This document shows, one piece after another, positions 60,936 through 64,000 of a stretch of 64,000 bases of DNA. The position numbers and the translations under genes were made by a program. Numbering within the stretch: the stretch's first letter is position 1; every line of letters starts with the position of its first letter. The stretch is from NCBI GenBank assembly GCA_905178155.1, contig CAJINV010000007.1:2399151-2463150 (forward strand), given 5' to 3'. The stretch comes from Amoebophrya sp. A120 (lineage: Eukaryota; Protista; Dinoflagellata). Below the pieces are notes generated by a model. The model worked only from the letters and a program-made list of their open reading frames with translations. It had not been told where the DNA came from and made no database searches.

Positions 60936-62961
60936 CTCTGAGGGGTAGAACTACGTCGCCAAGACCTACACAACAAGACGAACCTGGGGTTGTAGTAGTT
61001 CGCTTCGGTTTCGCTTCCGCTAGTAAATGAATGCAGATATTGCAGCGCCAACACTCGGCTTCTCCTGAAGAGCCCGGAAATCGCGAAGTGAGTCTAAGTC
61101 TTGTTGTCACGACCCAGGAGCCGTGAAAGAATCTTCTTTGCTCACACGCTAGATGCGCGACAATCCTGCTTTGAATTTGATATTGCAGTTCGTAATTGCT
61201 GTGACTGAGATGTTGCCTCTTGCTGCGACTACAACTTGGGAAGATCGAAAGAGCAACAATGTGACACAACAGGGGGATGGATCTTCGAGGGGGTGATGAA
61301 AAACGAGGGTGAAAAATTGTGATTGTGGTAAATTGTGTTTGTGACTGTGAGTTTGATGTGTGCATGATGATGAAGTGTGCGAATTTATCAAGGACTTGAC
61401 GGAGCCGAATGACGATACTGATAGCCAGCGTGGGCGATGTTGATGCACGTATTTGAGTAAAAAACGAAGCCTCGAGTCGATTTTTTTGGGCCACAATTTT
61501 TCCCAAGCTTTGGGCTTGTTGCACGAGCACGTGGGAGGGCTCACTGGACGAAACATTTTTGAACGACCGACTAAGTACAATAACGCAACGATAATAGTAC
61601 CGAACGAGTGCTGTACTGTACGAGTTTCAAGCGAATGACACCGAGCCGCGGTAGATCCATCTACAGAGTGTCAGAGGCATTTTTTGTTTTTTTCACCACG
61701 ACTATGACTATACAGGTCTCTACCTGATGTGGTGCCGCGAACGACGCACAAACCAAATCGTGTGCACGGACCGAAGAACCAAGTCAACACGATACTACAG
61801 TCTAACTCAGTAAGTATCAATCTGACATCATAACAAGCTCAAGCTCAACATCAACGTCACCCTTGTCTCGGTTCATGGCCTGAGATAACTTAAGTGCGTT
61901 TTCGTGGTGCGCCGTAATTTCGTTTGCATGGATTATTTTCTAGACGACCGAAAGACGTCAGAATCAGTTCACGATCGAAATTCTGACCTGGATCAATTCA
62001 CCACGATCGTTTTCTTGTTCAACTCGTGCGCATAGCAATAGCTTTAGCCAATACAGATCACGTCGTCGACGTCATTTGTCATTTTCTCTCAAGGCAGCAG
62101 CCCCAGCCCCACATCGCTCGCAGGAGGTATAGAAGACAAAGCCGATGCTTTTTTTCAAAATTCAAATTTTTGGCAGAGGCTGTTCACTTCCATAAGCTGG
62201 TCTTCCTCCATGCGCAACATCTGGTTCTTGATGCTTCAGTTTTTTCTTTGCAGCTTTTTGTACAGCTCACCTGCTTCTGTTACTTTCGAAAGTAGCCATA
62301 TGCAGAAACATACTGTACAGATGAATCTTCTCAAACCAAAAACCATTCTACAAGTAAGGGAAAAACAAGCGGTACTAGACACATCAAACAATGATCCGAT
62401 GAAAAAAACATTCATAAAGAAGGTAGTACGACTTCGTAGAAAAATTCACAAACATGTCAGCTGGTTGTAGTTGTAGGAAACGGAAGCACATACAGGCAAT
62501 GAATAATGGCGAAATTATAGATGTCGAGGTAGTTCAGGTTCACGCTGACACAAGTCAACTCGAGCTCAAATGCGGATACACAAGAAACTCTCTTGATATT
62601 GAATGTTGAAACAAAGACAAATTGAAAATCATCACTATTTTCTTTGCAAATACAAAAGGCAACAACCAAAAAAACTCCGACCCCGCGCCCCCTTTTGGTT
62701 TCCATCTTAAATTTTTCCTTCCCAAATGATTTTCCGCTCTTCCAGTTTCTTGGCACTGCTGCCCTATGCAGTGCAAAATTATTTATAGAATTTCTCTTTT
62801 CATCCTTGCCCGAAGTTTGTAATGCGCAGCTGCACGTGGGCGTGCGTACGCGTACATGTACAGGTACAGCAGTAGCTACCGTTACACTGGTGTTTGTACA
62901 TTGTACCTATCTGCTTTCTATCATGCATTACAAACTTCTCTAGCTCTGCTCTAAGTGGCTT

Positions 62962-63960
62962 TTATGTTTCTTTAGATGATTTTGCAAGGCATATGCTCAG
63001 CAGGGCGTCCAGATACGCCGTGGCTGAGGCACTGGACTTCGACAAAGCCTTAGGCGCCATCTCCTGGTCGTACGAGTTGGTTCGGCTTAACGCGTTTTTC
63101 AAGTAGTCTTCCAGTTTTTCTTCTTCTTCTTCCCGTCCCTGCTTGACCTTCTCGCCCACCGCTTCCCGGACGAAGTACGAGCGCAGCACGATCTCGCAGG
63201 GGCGCCTGTGCGCCAACAAGTTCTGCCGTCGCTCCGGCGTCAGCTCCGCGTAGGGTTCTCCGCAAACCTTCACGATGTACTCTCCCTTCTGCACGCCGCT
63301 GGTTTCTGCCCACGAATCCGCGACGATGTCGACGATAAAGTGATCGCGAATGTGAAACCCGAAGCCGAGTTTCTCCACCCCGAAGGGCACCGTGACGGTG
63401 CGCTCTGTGTACAGGCGCTGCTCGATAGGCTATCAAAGTGAAAAAAGCCCCCACCCCATACCGGAGACGGAAGATGCGCGAATTTGTGATGCTGTATTTG
63501 AGTACACAAGTCGACTTGTATTGCTAGAAGGCCAAGAGACGAGGCTGCGGCCTAAATTGCAGGCAATCTGTCATGCTGTTTCCCACTTCCAGTTGCCTCC
63601 TGTCATCCTGGAGCTGCAAGGCTTTCCCACGCTAGACAGCACTACAGTCCGCATCTTTTGCCTTCTAGCATCACAAAGCTGATTTTTGACCACAAATCTG
63701 CATCACAGATTTTCGCCTTGATATGGGGAGGGGGGACTTTTCATTGCAATATAGGCGGCTTGATGTTCATCGACCCCGTCACCGCTCCTGTGCTCGGGCT
63801 GGAAAGAATTTCTGAAGAGGTCATCTTAGAATGCATCGCGGGAACGACCACCGGAGACTCTCCATCCGGGTGGTCCTCCTTTCCCTCTTCATCTGGCCCG
63901 CCGGAGGAAATTTGCATCCTCTCCGCTTCGTCGGCCCCCCGTTCCCCCTCTGCGTAGGCG
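62962..63960 (-). CDS. PDZ-domain protein (partial; ends unresolved)
   Basis: KLGFGF..IVDIVADSWAETSGVQKGEYIVKVCG is PDZ-like. The upstream exon joins as MNIKPP-IEQRLY after removing 63431-63751 plus one DR. Confidence 0.75.
63431..63751. mobile_element. Introner non-canonical intron
   Basis: TIR TATCAAAGTGAAAAAAGCCCCCACCCCATA / TATGGGGAGGGGGGACTTTTCATTGCAATA; DR TAGGC; in-frame join. Confidence 0.9.
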
Positions 63961-64000
63961 CTGCTCTGAAAAAACGTCGGAGATTGCAGCTTCTGGTGGG

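Noticed and set aside
1-64000. Autonomous transposase, tRNA or rRNA genes
   Set aside because: No DDE, RT or tyrosine-recombinase motifs and no recognisable structural RNA seen by eye; not excluded without HMM and covariance searches.

Overview
Eukaryotic, intron-containing DNA in which every gene I can recognise (about 15) lies on the minus strand. The unidirectional gene block, long Ser/Thr/Ala-rich protein insertions and non-GT-AG introns best fit a syndinian dinoflagellate parasite such as Amoebophrya (inference; no taxonomic marker is present). Recognisable genes are a YaaA-like protein, a tandem two-domain cathepsin X/Z-like protease, a CAP-domain protein, three U2AF35 (U2AF1) paralogs, a ZIP/ZupT transporter, a large HAM1/TULIP-like protein, porphobilinogen deaminase (hemC), a P5-type ATPase and a PDZ protein. 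At least 12 introns are MITE-like 'introner' elements of 109-560 bp, bounded by imperfect TAT...ATA terminal inverted repeats and mostly by 5-nt direct repeats. Removing each element plus 5 nt restores the reading frame. They fall into several families, sit in either orientation and mostly share an internal TTGTCATGC motif. The most interesting candidate system is the co-occurrence of these AG-less introns with three copies of the 3' splice-site AG reader U2AF35. Two copies carry Ala at the position of human Q157, and one is itself interrupted by three AG-less introners. All gene models were spliced by eye without transcript data.
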